Of a stretch of 64,000 bases of DNA, positions 14,427-56,507 are shown in pieces; position 1 is the first letter of the stretch, and each line of letters starts with the position of its first letter. A program made the position numbers and the translations under genes. The DNA comes from Octopus vulgaris. Its lineage: Eukaryota. Below the pieces are notes generated by a model that was not told the origin of the DNA, made no database searches, and saw only the letters and a program-made list of their open reading frames with translations. The DNA is taken from assembly GCA_951406725.2 (NCBI GenBank), contig OX597814.1, positions 49,538,001 through 49,602,000 of the forward strand, given 5' to 3'.

Positions 14427-14556
14427 TGACGCCACTTCCTTTAACTGACGTCACTTCCTCATCCGTTATAACTTCGAGAATTTTCGCACTATTTCACTTG
14501 TTCTGTTATCCACTTAGTGAGATATTATATGCCTACGCTGTAGTTTTCATTCAGTT
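14427..14556 (+). promoter_or_regulatory. AHSA1 proximal promoter: tandem CRE/ETS motifs, perfect 3-unit HSE, TATA-like box and Inr
   Basis: TGACGCCACTTCCT at 14427-14440 and TGACGTCACTTCCT at 14446-14459; cTTCg aGAAt tTTCg at 14472-14486; TATTATAT at 14523-14530; TCAGTT at 14551-14556; all within 150 bp of the ATG. Confidence 0.7.
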
Positions 14557-14572
14557 TGCGAAATTTGTGAAA

Positions 14573-44246
<29,674 letters not shown>

Positions 44247-44418
44247 CCCTTGGTAATTTAGATAATCTTATGTCATATCTTTTTCCCTTTCTTTTTGAAG
44301 TTATCAAGCTTCTAAAACTATAGGTCTATGTGTAGACTCTGCTCACTCTCAATGCATACTGGTGTGCTATTGGTTAGCACACCACATTATTCATTGCTCT
44401 TTTCCTTATTGTATATCC

Positions 44419-44603
44419 AATAAAATCACTTCTAAAGGATTCGTTAAATCAATGACTTTGATGTTATAGTTGTCATAAAAATCTGTTACATTCTTTTATT
44501 TTGCATTATTTGGTTCTGTTGCTTTAAAAGAATCTCAAGCAATGATTTTAACTTTAAACTAATTAATGTCAAGTTATTGAAGCCCCAATTTTGTGAGAAT
44601 AAA
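44419..44603 (+). terminator. Candidate AHSA1 polyadenylation signals
   Basis: AATAAA at 44419-44424 and 44598-44603, each followed by T-rich sequence. Confidence 0.5.
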
Positions 44604-44876
44604 CCCATTTAAAGAGACTTATTTGTCCTTTTCTTTTCAAATGTGTTTACCCTTTTAATAATTTTTGTTTAAAAAATGTACATTTAATGTACAATTTAGT
44701 AAATTAAAATCATTGCTGGTTGTAATATTAGCTTTGTATTATTGCTAAGGTATCAAGTGTAGACTGACTAGAGTTACTCCATCTTCATCTAAATTTGAAT
44801 TTATACTTTAGACATGGACATAATATTCATTAATAAGGGATGAATCTTCTTGAAGAGACACTACTGGGATGGTATT

Positions 44877-45103
44877 AGCTGGCAGAAACGTTAGCATGCC
44901 GGGCGAAATGCCTAGTGGTATTTCGTCTGCGTTATGTTGTGAGTTCAAATTCCGCCAAGGTCGACTTTGCCTTTCATCCTTTCGGGGTCGATAAATTAAG
45001 TACCAGTTACGCACTGCGGTCGATGTAATCGACTTAATACCTATGTCTGTCCTTGTTTGTCCCCTCTGTGTTTAGCCCCTTGTGGGTAATAAAGAAATAG
45101 GTA
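44877..45103 (+). mobile_element. tRNA-derived SINE
   Basis: AGCTGGCAGAAACGTTAGC (A-box-like), GAGTTCAAATTCC (B-box), GCCAAGGTCGACTTTGCCTTTCATCCTTTCGGGGTCGATAAA core. Confidence 0.85.
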
Positions 45104-45121
45104 TTTAATAAAATGGACTAA

Positions 45122-45329
45122 CCCTTCTAATACCAACTATTTGAGACTGGCCTTCGTTCTATGATACAAACTTCATGTCTTAAAGTAATCTTTAAAAACT
45201 TGCATCAAAATGTTGTTAATTCGTTTCAAATTCCAGCTTATTAATAACGATTATTTTATTACATTCTTCATTATTTTCTAAATTAATTAATACATAGTGT
45301 ACTTAAACAGAAATATGGTGACAAAAGGG
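45122..45329. mobile_element. piggyBac-type MITE (degenerate copy of 58660-58869)
   Basis: CTAA|CCCTT....TACC ... GTGACAAAAGGG|TTAA; interior alignable to 58660-58869. Confidence 0.7.
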
Positions 45330-45696
45330 TTAATTGATAAATATTAGCTCATTTTATGTTAAATTTCTAAAAAATATTTCTCTATGTGCATTTTGTAGTG
45401 TGTATATATATAAATTATTGAATGATAAGGGAACAGGAATTGTTATCTTTATTAGCATACAGCTAATTTTTGATATTAGAAGCAATGCACAAAGAACTGA
45501 GTGCTTGTGCAACATCTTGGAGCCATTAAAATGAAGTGTATGCTTATTTTAAACAGCATCTAAACAGTGCACAACTACTTATAACAAAAACAGTTGGAAG
45601 CCAATGAAGTTGATTATGTAATTCCTGTTCCTTTTCCATTCAACAAATTATCTTATGTTCTGTATTTGCTAACACTGTTTTTGAAATAATCATTAC

Positions 45697-45912
45697 CATC
45701 ATCATCATTTAATGTCTGTTTTCTTTGCTAGCATAGGTTGAACAGTTTGACCAGAGCTGCATCAGGTTCCAGTTTGATTTGGCATAGTCTGTACAGCTGG
45801 ATGAAATCATGCCAAATCAGACCGGAACCTAGTGCAGCTTTCTGGATTGCCTGCTCTGGTCAAACCGTCCAACCCATGCCAGCTTGGAAAATGGACTTTA
45901 AATGATGTTGAT
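45697..45912. repeat. Hairpin of two inverted RTE 3' tails
   Basis: CATCATTTAATGTC..GCATAGGTTGAACAGTTTGACCAGAGC..GGTTCCAGTTTGATTTGGCAT versus ATGCCAAATCAGACCGGAACC..GCTCTGGTCAAACCGTCCAACCCATGC..GACTTTAAATGATG. Confidence 0.88.
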
Positions 45913-48900
45913 TTAGCATAAAGTGTTAAGTGTAAGTTTTCTAAGTTCTAACAATTGGTTATTAGTATTGCTGTGTCTAAGTGAAATCATATATACATCT
46001 GAGAATTCTGATCTGGTGATTGAAGTAGTGCACAACTAAGAAAAGTGAATGTTAAAAATTTAGATTAACCTTCCTCTGATAGTGCTGTAGCCCAACTTAA
46101 ATTCCTGTTATTGCCTGGAGGACTATGATGAACAAGAAGGGGATAAGGACTGATCATTGGTGAACTCTTACTTGTACACTGAATTCATCACTATACTCAT
46201 TGCCAACCCTCACCTTACTGACAACGTCTCTATATGGCTTGTATAGCTCTCACCAGCCATTCTTCTATTCCTAGTTTCCACAATGACCACCGGATAAAGG
46301 AGTAGGGGACCATGTCGGAGGCTTTCTCCATATATCACTGAGCTGATCAAAGCCTTACAGTTTGATTTGTTAAACTAACTGAAAGAAGCCTATTGTGCGT
46401 GTGTGTGTGTAAATATATCTATGCTTCCCTGTCATTGTATTTTAGGCATAAACATGCATAACCATCATACAAATGTTCATTTATAATCTTCCATGAAAAC
46501 CTGTCTAGCCATAAGGAAATATTACTTTGCTCAGAAACAGATTGATGATAGGAAGGGCCTCAATGAATTCTATCTAACCATGTAGGAGTAGACATTAAAA
46601 TGATTATATGTATAAAATGCATAGCATATCTGAGGGAAAAAAATCCCCTTTTGTCAAACCTGGAGAATGATGGGCTCCACCAAGTTTAAAATTGCTAAAG
46701 GTGTGTCATGTAATGGCATCTCTCCCATGACTGCAAGGCAAAGCATTTATGTAGAGTATCACATCATTTTTACTAAGAAAGTTGGTGACAGTGATTTCGA
46801 AGTTTTACCCGATAAGTTTTTATCAGCCTGTAAATTTTTAACATTTATTTTGTGGATAGAATTTAGTGGCTGCACTGTAGGCATGGTTTGTGTATTTTTG
46901 TGACTCTCACACAAACTGGATGAGCAGAAAGAAAGATTCGGATTAGCAGTGGGAGAAGGTAAACGTTTATAGGGTAATGGTAAAAAGGAAAAGAAGATAA
47001 GTCATTTACATTGTTCTAATTTGGTGGGCAACATTTGTCTTAAATTGTGTACGAAATTAAGGATTAATTTGATAGTGTTAGGATCATTCAAGAATGTATG
47101 GGAAACTAATTTAATGCACGGGTGCAAAGGGTTTGTTTTATATGCAGGCACAGACAGGTCAAGTTCTGTGGCTTGCATTGAAAGATCACAGTTGAGCATA
47201 TATTAAACTGTAGAGAGCTAGACAGACTCAGAAATGAAAGATATGGAAACTAAAAAATCCTGCAATCGGGAATAGTAAGAATTTCTAATTAACGCATATA
47301 ATTGTACTGAAAAAGATATACATATCTGCAGTATAGTTGAAAATTGAATTTCTACGAAATTACTTGCTTAGGACTTCCAATCGAGCCAGTTGATGGAGCA
47401 CAGTACCATCCAAGCCTAAAGCAACATAGAATGATACAGGTGATAGGATGAAGTCTAAAAGATAGGTTTGGAAAACCTAGAAGTAAGGTAATTGTTTGAA
47501 GTATTACTAAATAGCTAGAAGAGCAACTTGGCGATAGGTATGCTTGGTGAGGTAGAAAGGAAAATATTTGCATATGTTCTGCAAGGTGAGGATCAGGGGA
47601 GTGAGATGTTCCGAATTCTAGATCTGCGAGTGCTTCAGCTAAGGTATGTAACTATCGACTTAACTTTTAAGTTTCTAAGAGTTATTCCCCTTATATAAAA
47701 TTCGACGACCATTATTTCTTGCATCCTTTTCAATGGGCAATAAGAAAATGTCTAAAGGTACAGACTTTCACCTTCCAATTTTGTGATTTAAATTATTCCC
47801 AGGCCTGCGTTGAGCACGATACTCTGAGTAAAACTCATGTGCTCCGTAATATAATCTTTATATATTTAGCTCTACGTTGTAGCGAGAGTTAACATATATC
47901 GTCATCGTAGTCGTCATCATTTTACGTCCACTTTCCGTGCTCACGTAGCTTGGACAGGTTATTGCACACCAATACAATTCATCTTCTGAGTTACTGCCCT
48001 CATAGATGGTTCAATAAATCACATCTCGCTCATATTTTTCATTTCTTTCATGACTACTACAGCTTTATGCTCTCTAATACCAACCACTTTATTGAGTGTA
48101 TTTTATCATTGCACCAACACAAGGGAATGTCATGTCCTCGATGCCTGTTTTCTTAATCTTGTATGACATGTTCAAATTTTTCTGTAGTCTTGTGTTATCA
48201 TCAGGGCTCTTGACTCATCATTATCATCATCGTTTAACGTCCATCTTCCATGCATGCATAGTTAGGACGGTTCACAGGAACTGGCCGGGTAGAAAAACTG
48301 ACCTATGCAACTGTGTGTTTTGGCAAGGTTTTTACACCTGAATGCCCTTCCTAACACTAACCACTCTGCAGAGTGGTCTCAGTGCTTTTTACGTGGCCCT
48401 AGCACAGGCAAAGTTAGTTTTGGCATGATTTTTACAGCTGGATGTACTACCAGAATCAGTTCTTATTTGAGTCAAGGATCACATCCCATACATACATTCC
48501 ATTTTCACCCTATTCTCTACATATGACTGTTCTTCCTAATGTCAATAACTTTACAAAGTCTACTGGGTGCATTTTCTTGTAGCTCCAACACTTAAAAGGT
48601 TGTATCTTTAAAATGACTAAAATCTCCTTTCTCATCTAATTATTTTTTTTGTTCACAAAACCACTTTATGGGATACACTTAGAACATAATATCATAGAAA
48701 AAGAGATTGCTTTACTCTTAGTAAGATTAAAGAGTCCTTTTTATGCTATAGTATCTATATTCATTGAGGGCAATGTCTCTTAGCATGTGAATATAAAAAA
48801 TATTTTAGTGAGAAAAATGATAAGAAGAAAGTAACAGAAGTGAGACAAAGAGTATGCATAAGTAGCATGAGAGTAAGTGAGAATGAAAGAGGGCAAAGGG

Positions 48901-49939
48901 GGAGTAAAGAAAATGAGAGAGAAAGAAAGAGTTATAGGTGAATGAGGGTGATATATATCAACAATGAGTGAAAGAGGGGGAGTAATCTGAGAGTGGTAGA
49001 GGGTAATGAATAGCAATAAAGATGGGTGATGTAAAAGAGAATGAGAGATAGGGAGTGAGTGATAAAGAGTTATAGTAATTAGCAGTGGCAAGAGAGAGAG
49101 GATAATGACTAGTAGTGCTGTAGGTTGATGATAGCAAGTATTGAAGATTGATAGATGTGATGCTATCACAAGATGGAGATATCACCAGATCTGTCCATGA
49201 TGTCAGGATGGAAGACAGATAGAGTGAAAATGAATGCAAACAGAACCAATGGCATTCTTTAACTTTCTTAACCTGGTCCATTAACTTGATGCATCTATAG
49301 TGATGATGCTGTTACATACTCATTGGTTATGACACCTTTCTATACTACATGATTGACTACACAAGAAGATAGCATCTTACCAGCTTTGCCATGTAGCTTT
49401 GGCAATTCAACAATTATTATTGACTGCCTTCCTTGCTTTTATATCCCTTATCATGCTTTTGGCTGTAAAGCTGTTAACCTCAATGGCTTGACCATCTGGA
49501 TCTGGTGGGTCTATTGAATTAGGCTCTCTCTGCCCTATGCTTTTTCCTTATTCAACAACTTCTAGAAATAGTACTTCAGTATTTTTTAATCTTTTTGGTT
49601 CTAGCAAAAGCAAGTGTGCTACTATTATTCTGTACACACTTCTTCCAGTGATTTTAATCAAAATGTTATTCTGTTCCTTTTTTGCACTATTATTGTATTT
49701 TAATATAGTGCCAAACTAAATGTCATACTGTATTTAGTTATGTCCATTTTGAGTAACAACTTTGCTTAAAAATTGCAAAGCATGCTTAACCTCACCACTT
49801 AATCCTTCTATGCTTTTATAAGAGTTCACTTTGTTGCAAGCATTTAAGTCAGTTTTAATATCAGACAACTACTTTCTCTGTTCCACCACTCTCCATGACA
49901 TGAGTCATTAGTACGGTTTTTCCTCCCCAGACCTCAGGT

Positions 49940-50333
49940 AGGTGGCCTTGCTCGATCTGTAGAAAAGGCGTAGGTAGAAACTCTGTAAGATGGACTCAGT
50001 GTATGCTATGGACACATAAGCAGTGCAGCAACATCAAAGGAAGATTAACTGAGAAGATAGCTTTTGTGGGCGGCAGATGCATAGGAGCAATAAACACCAC
50101 AGATGCTCAGAAAACAGATTCCATCACACTCTAGGGAAAGAAAACAGAAGTAGTTGATAGCTTCCGCTACCTAGGTGACCAAGTTAGCAGTGGGGGTGGA
50201 TGATCAGAGAGTGTTACCACCAGAATAAGAATAGCCTGGGCAAAGTTTAGAAAGCTTCTACCCCTACAGGTGACAAAAGGTCTGTCGCTCATAGTGAAAG
50301 CTAGATTGTAGGATGCATGTGTGCGAACTACCA
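49940..50333 (+). mobile_element. RTE fragment, inverted relative to 51545-51940
   Basis: GAAGTAGTTGATAGCTTCCGCTACCTAGGTGAC is identical to the minus strand near 51700-51732; EVVDSFRYLGD. Confidence 0.9.
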
Positions 50334-51104
50334 TATATATATATATATATATAATATAAATGATATATAAATATATGCATATATACATACATCATCATCA
50401 TTTAACGTCCACTTTCTGTGCTAGCATGGGTTGGACGATTTGACTGAGGTCTGGCGAACCAGACTCCAATCTGATCTGGCAGAGTTTCTACAGCTTCATG
50501 CCCTTCCTAACACAAATATACATATATGTACATACCTACATCTATATGTATATACATGCATATATGGGTACAGGACATCAAAAAAACGTTGAATACAATG
50601 AGAAACGAAAACATAAAAGCAAAAACATGGAAACGAACTTTTTTTCAAACAACCAAAAAACAGAGTACAAGACATACAACACAAGGAATATTCCCCTTCT
50701 TCAGTTGTCCCTGTTTCATCAACTTCACATTTCGAAGGTAAGGACAAGATGCGACTTCATTGAAACAGTCCTTCCCGCAAAGCAAATTAAATAAAATTTG
50801 GGATTTTTTGCGGAGGGGTAAAAGTGGTAACAAGAACAGGACAGTAAGAACAAAACAAGACAGTAAAAACAAAAACAAGTGATAAGGGCTGTTAAGTCAA
50901 GATGATGGAAAAATTATTCTGAACGCTTGAGGAGACAGCTTATGAGAAGGACAGGATAAGTGTTATTGTCTTGGTAAAGATAGCAGTTGGAAAGATGGCT
51001 TCCTTCTGATTACATGTCAGTGACGAGAGAGTCGAGGAGGAGGAGGAGTATGTTTGAAAAGAGTCCATTTGATTTTTATTTTGATGTTGATGTAATTGAC
51101 TCAA

Positions 51105-53807
51105 TAGGTCTCCTCAAGTACAGCAGATCTCCCTATGATCCAAGGTTAGCACACCAGGCCATGCTGTGAGCCATGACCTAACTTCATTTGTCGGGTCTTC
51201 GCAGTCACAGCATATCTCTGTGAGGCCCAATGTTCGGATGTCATACTTGACCACCTCATCCTATGTCTTCCTGGGTCTACCTCTATCCTGGATTCCTTCA
51301 ACAGTTTGGGAGTGGCACTTCTTCACACATCTCTCCTCATCCATCTGTTGTACATACCAACACAAATATCGCTCCTGCATGCCACATCCAATGCTTCTTA
51401 TGTCCAACATTTCTCTCAGGGTGCTTACACTCTGTCGTGCATGCACACTGACATTACACATCCAGCGGATCATTCTAGCTTCATTTCTTTTGAGCCTACG
51501 CATGTCCTCCGCAGTCACAGCCCATGTTTCACTACCGTGAAGCATGGCAGTTCGCACACATGCATCGTACAATCTACCTTTCACTCTGAGCGAGAGATCC
51601 TTTGTTGCCAGTAGGGGAAGAAGCATTCTAAACCTTGCCCAGGCTATTCTTATTCTAATGGTAACACTCTCTGAGCATCCACCCCCACTACTAACTTAGT
51701 CACCTAGGTAGCGGAAGCTATCAACTACTTCTAGTTTCTCTCTCTGGAGTGTAATGGCATCTGTTTTCTGAGTATCAGTGGTGTCTATTGCCCCTGTGCA
51801 TCTGCCGCACATGAAAGCTATCTTCTCGGTTAATTTTCCTTTGATGTTGCTGCACTTCTTATGTGTCCATAGTATACACTGGGTACATCTTATGGAGTTT
51901 CTACCTACACCTTTTCTACTGATCAAGCAGGGCCACCTACCTAAGGGTGTGTGTGATGAGTTCAACATCCTACTTACTAGAACTTTGGTCTTTGCTACAT
52001 TGACTCTAAGGCCTTTTGATTCTAAACCTAGCTTCCACACACGAAATTTCTTTTCTAGTTCTGGTAGTGATTCTGCTATGAGGGCCAGGTCATCAGCATA
52101 GAGGAGCAACCCATCTTGAATTCCTCTGTTATTGCCTGGAGGACTATGATGAATAAGGGGACTACTGAGGACTGAACCTTGGTGGATGCCTACTTCTACC
52201 TGGAATTCTTCACTATACTCATTGTCAATCCTAACCTAACTAACGGCCTCTCTGTAAAGAGCCTGTACAGCCCTTATTAACCATTCATCAATCTCCAGTT
52301 TCCGCATCGCCCACCAGATAAGGGATCGGGGACCCTGTCAAAGGCTTTCTCCAAGTCCACAAAAGCTAAGTATAGGGGTTTATCTTTAGCTTGGTATTTC
52401 TCCTGCAGTTGTTGAATCAGAAATATGGCATCAGTGGTGCTTCTACCTGGCACAAAACCAAACTGCATCTCATCTAAGCAGACTCTTTCCCTGATGAGAT
52501 GGGCTATGACCCTCTCCATGACTTTCATCACCTGATCCAGCAGTTTGATACCCCTGTAGTTATTTCTTTCTAGAGCATCAGCTTTACCCTTGTAGCAGTT
52601 AACTATGGTGCTGCTACGCCAGTAGTTGGGTATGACTCCATCATGAACTACCTGGTTTACAATGCGGGTGACTAGGCCAAAGCCCACACCACCAGATGTT
52701 TTAAGCATCTCAGCAGTGATTCCTGATGGGTTGAGGGCTTTTCCTAGCTTCATGCCCTTAATTGCTTTATCTATTAGGGAGCTGTCTATTCGGATAGCTG
52801 GTCCTTCTACTGGGTCAACATTTGGCAGGCTCTCCTCCTCCCATTCACTCTCCACATTCAGCAGTCTTTCATAATGACTTCTCCAAGCCTCTTTCTTTTC
52901 AGAATCATTAAAAGCAAGTGCACCATCATCCATGCGGACACATTTCTCTCCTGTGACATCACAATTTTCTCTCACACACTGACTTGCAATCTGAAATACC
53001 TCAGTTCTTTGGTCCTCACGTTGCTGGACATTGGCAAACTTCTTCTTTTCTGCTTCACTCATGGCTATGTATACCTGCCGCCCAGCCTCCCTTTTGGCTA
53101 CCTGGTACAGTTCCCTGCTACTCCCACCCTTCCAGGCCTGTTTCTTTGCTCTAATGGCTTTGTCTACCATACTATTCCACCACCATGTAACTCTAGGTCT
53201 GAAAGGGACTTTGCACCATCCACAGACTTGGTCTGTGGCACTTAGCAAGCTGTCCTGTAAGAATTTCCAGCTACCTTCTATGTCCGACGTCTGTAGCTCC
53301 TCCTCCCTCTCCTCAAATTTCTTGATGAGGATGTCCCTAAATCTCTGACCATGTGAAGGGTTCTTTAGCTTCCAAATCCTTTTTTGGATTGGTCTGCTTC
53401 TTGGTATCCTTCTGGACTCAAGCCTAAAGTCACTAATGACTAGCCTATATACTGGGGATTACATTCTTCACCCGGGAGGGTCTTTGTATTTAAGAGCAAC
53501 CCTGCATCCCGCTGTCTGGTGAAGATGAAATCAATCTGGCTAGCAGAGTCCCCCAATTGATAGGTTATAAGGTGGCTGTCTGGCTTCCTGAAGTTAGTGC
53601 TGCAGATTAAAAGGTTACATGCATCACAGAACTCCAGTAGCCTGGTTCCCTCATTGTTTCGGGTGCTAATACCATGGACACCATGTACCCTTGTGAAGAT
53701 ACCAGATTCCTGCCCAACATGCCCATTAAAGTCTCCAGCCACAAAGATGAGGTCATTGCCACTCGTCTTTGAGGTAGCCTGTAGAAGGGTATCATAAAAG
53801 TGGTCTT

Positions 53808-53808
<1 letters not shown>
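51105..53808 (-). mobile_element. RTE-clade LINE, 5'-truncated: APE endonuclease C-half plus RT, with frameshifts and stops
   Basis: AGDFNGHVG, NTNFRK-like motif, SQIDFI (APE); NYRGIKLL, QFGFVPGRSTTDAIF, LAFVDLEKAFDRVP, LLYADDLALIAES, FRYLG, MLHGSETW, RGRPRKT; 3' tail displaced to 50389-50511 by an intervening insertion. Confidence 0.95.
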
Positions 53809-53838
<30 letters not shown>

Positions 53839-54562
53839 GTAAAGTATAATAGCCATCTCAATATGGCTAACCACAAAGGGTGGGTGTTACTGTAGCTTTT
53901 AGCCTCAGGAGATCACCGTCTCCAGCTGGCTTTAGGCACACTATCTGTGCCCTTATGGTATTTACATCTCGTTCAGAGATTTAATAATGCTATATATATA
54001 TATATATAGGAAAAATAGAAGCTGAAAATGCACCGAGAATAGTGAAAATACTTTTTATTTAAATATTTGAATCTTTAATCCATTTCACACTTTACACCGA
54101 TTTTCAAAAACTTCAAATAGAAAGACGTGGCTTATGTTGCAGCTGTCTTGCTTCTGACTAGTCTTTGAAATTTGCCCCGTTTTTATAGGGAGTTCATAGC
54201 TCAAATTAGTATATGTTTTGGATAGGACTTGATTGGTAGATAATAGTCACATGTCTAGTCTTAGAAATGTTTATAGGTTCCCTGGTATGTCCATGTCTTA
54301 GTATCAAGTGACAATGTTTGGCGTTGTAAGTTAAGGCTGACATGGGTGACTGAATAAGTGCAAACAATCAATGCTCTGAATGTTTTCCATTAAGTGTTTG
54401 TGGAGAATGAACACATGCTTAAGTTTATAAACTTTAGTATGTTTCCCAAAAAAGAAGTTCAACATGGTTGAGTGAACATGTGTGTATATATATATATATA
54501 GTATTGATTTAAATTTGTTAAAAATGGTTTATCCTTTATGTGGGAAATGTATATGGTCATAT

Positions 54563-54966
54563 ATATCTGAGGAGAGCGATTTTTTTCAAATTAATGTAAT
54601 ATTTTCATTGATCAATTAAATTAGAGGTACAAAGAAATTTATCATATTTAAAACATAATGAAACCATTAAACAAGAAAAATACAGTGTGCCATTTAAGTT
54701 AAGAATACATATGGTTATAAAAATAAAAATAGTTAGTCATAAATTAATATAAATAACAATAATATTAATGCAGTAACATTATTATTTATATTAATTTATG
54801 TATATAACTATTTTTATTTTTATACCTGTATGTATTTTTAACTTTAATGGTACACTGTATTTTTCTTGTTTAATGTTTTCAATATGATAAATTTCTTTGT
54901 ACATCTAATTTAATTGATCAATGAAAATATTACATTAATTTGAAAAAAATCGCTCTCCTCAGATAT
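54563..54966. mobile_element. About 400-bp almost perfectly palindromic AT-rich MITE
   Basis: TATCTGAGGAGAGCGATTTTTTTCAAATTAATGTAATATTTTCATTGATCAATTAAATTAGA is mirrored at 54904-54965; pairing continues to the centre near 54770. Confidence 0.92.
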
Positions 54967-55655
54967 TCTGTCCCATTGTCTCTCCCCACACTTTGTTTAT
55001 CACTCACTCTACCTACCTCTGACTTCCATCTCTGTCACTGTGCATCCCTCTTTTATCCCACCCTCACACATCTCCATATTTCCAATCTATTTATGGTTTT
55101 ATCATACTGTTACACTCTACCTCTTTCCTTAAGTACTGTCGCTTTATAACCTCATCCCTGATCCACTCCTATTTTTCCTTCACCTCCCCACCCCCAAACT
55201 AAGATTTACCTTTCAACATTAACCACACCTCCACCTGTATTTGCCATTCATTGAACTCTTCTTTCACATTCTCATGGGCTTATCTATCCACCCTTCATGA
55301 TCCTCTGTCCCAATTCTCTCATATTAACCTTCTTGTACCTTGGGATCATGCTCTGGTACCTCATCACCTCTACCTATTCTTCCTTTCTAACTTGGGTAGC
55401 CATGTCTTGCATATTACTTGGTGGCCTCACTAGTGCCAGTGCCACATAAAAAGCACCCAGTACACTCTGTAAAGTGGTTGACATTAGGAAGGGCATCCTG
55501 TCATACAAACCGTCTTGACGCTCTCCTCTGGCTCATCAGATCCTGTCAAACTGTGTCAGCATGGAAGTGTCTTCTACTGTAACCTCAAGCTGACAAAGCC
55601 TTGTGACTGGATTTGGTAGACAGAAACTGAAAGAAGCCTGTTGTGTATATACATA

Positions 55656-56507
55656 CAGGGTGTGATAGGTAAATTGTCACCATTTTATATTTTTGATTTC
55701 ATGCATGCACATTGTTTGTCTTTTATTTTGATGACTACACAGTATAGTATGGTCAGTTGGGCACTGTCTGTAAGAAAAACAGCAACATGACGCAATTCAC
55801 TCAGTCAGAAATTTGGAAACAACATGCTGTGCTGCTTGGCATTCCATGCCAGAAGTTCCAGTATGAACATTTCAGAGTGTTTGAATGTCAATCTGAGGAC
55901 AAGTACCAAAAGTGATAAAAATCAAACAACCAGTCAACATCATGGTGTTTGGAGTGATCTCTAGTGATGGTGATGCTATGCCTCCATTCATCATCCCACA
56001 AGGCCTCAGACTCAACACAGAGGCCTACATCAAGTGCCTGTATCAGGTAGTGCTGGCCTGGGTCAAAAGGGTGGCTGCTGAAAGACCCTCTGTCTGGCAA
56101 CAGTACTCTGCACCATGCCACACCAGCAGGAGAACCCAGTGACAATTTCTGCGATCACATCACCCCTAACATCGGGCCACCTAACTCTCCAGACTGCAAC
56201 CCCCTTGATTATTATGTGTGGGGTGCAGTTGAGCTAGAGACAAACAAATTTCCTTGTAACATCAAAGACGAACTGAAGGTAATGATTATGGCAGCATTCA
56301 CCAGCTTAAACAAGGAGACCATCCAGAAGAGTTGCAGGAGATTCTGAAGTCATCTGGAGGCCGTGGTTGAAGCCAATTGTGATTTTATTGAATAAATTTG
56401 CTCTTTAAGATATTTCTATGTAATTTTGGTAAATATATTTATTAAAATGAGATGTCAGTGTTATTTTCATTTTTGCATAATTTACACAATTTATTCACCA
56501 GACCCTG
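55656..56507 (+). mobile_element. Internally deleted Tc1/mariner element of the maT (DD37D-like) type
   Basis: TA|CAGGGT...TAAATTGT and ACAATTTA...ACCCTG|TA termini; MVFGVISSDG, WQQYSAPCHTS (cf. QQD.AP.H), PPNSPDCNPLDYYVWG. Confidence 0.9.

Noticed and set aside
14372-14572. In-frame N-terminal extension of AHSA1
   Set aside because: No upstream in-frame ATG; the region carries promoter motifs, and the conserved protein starts at MAKW.
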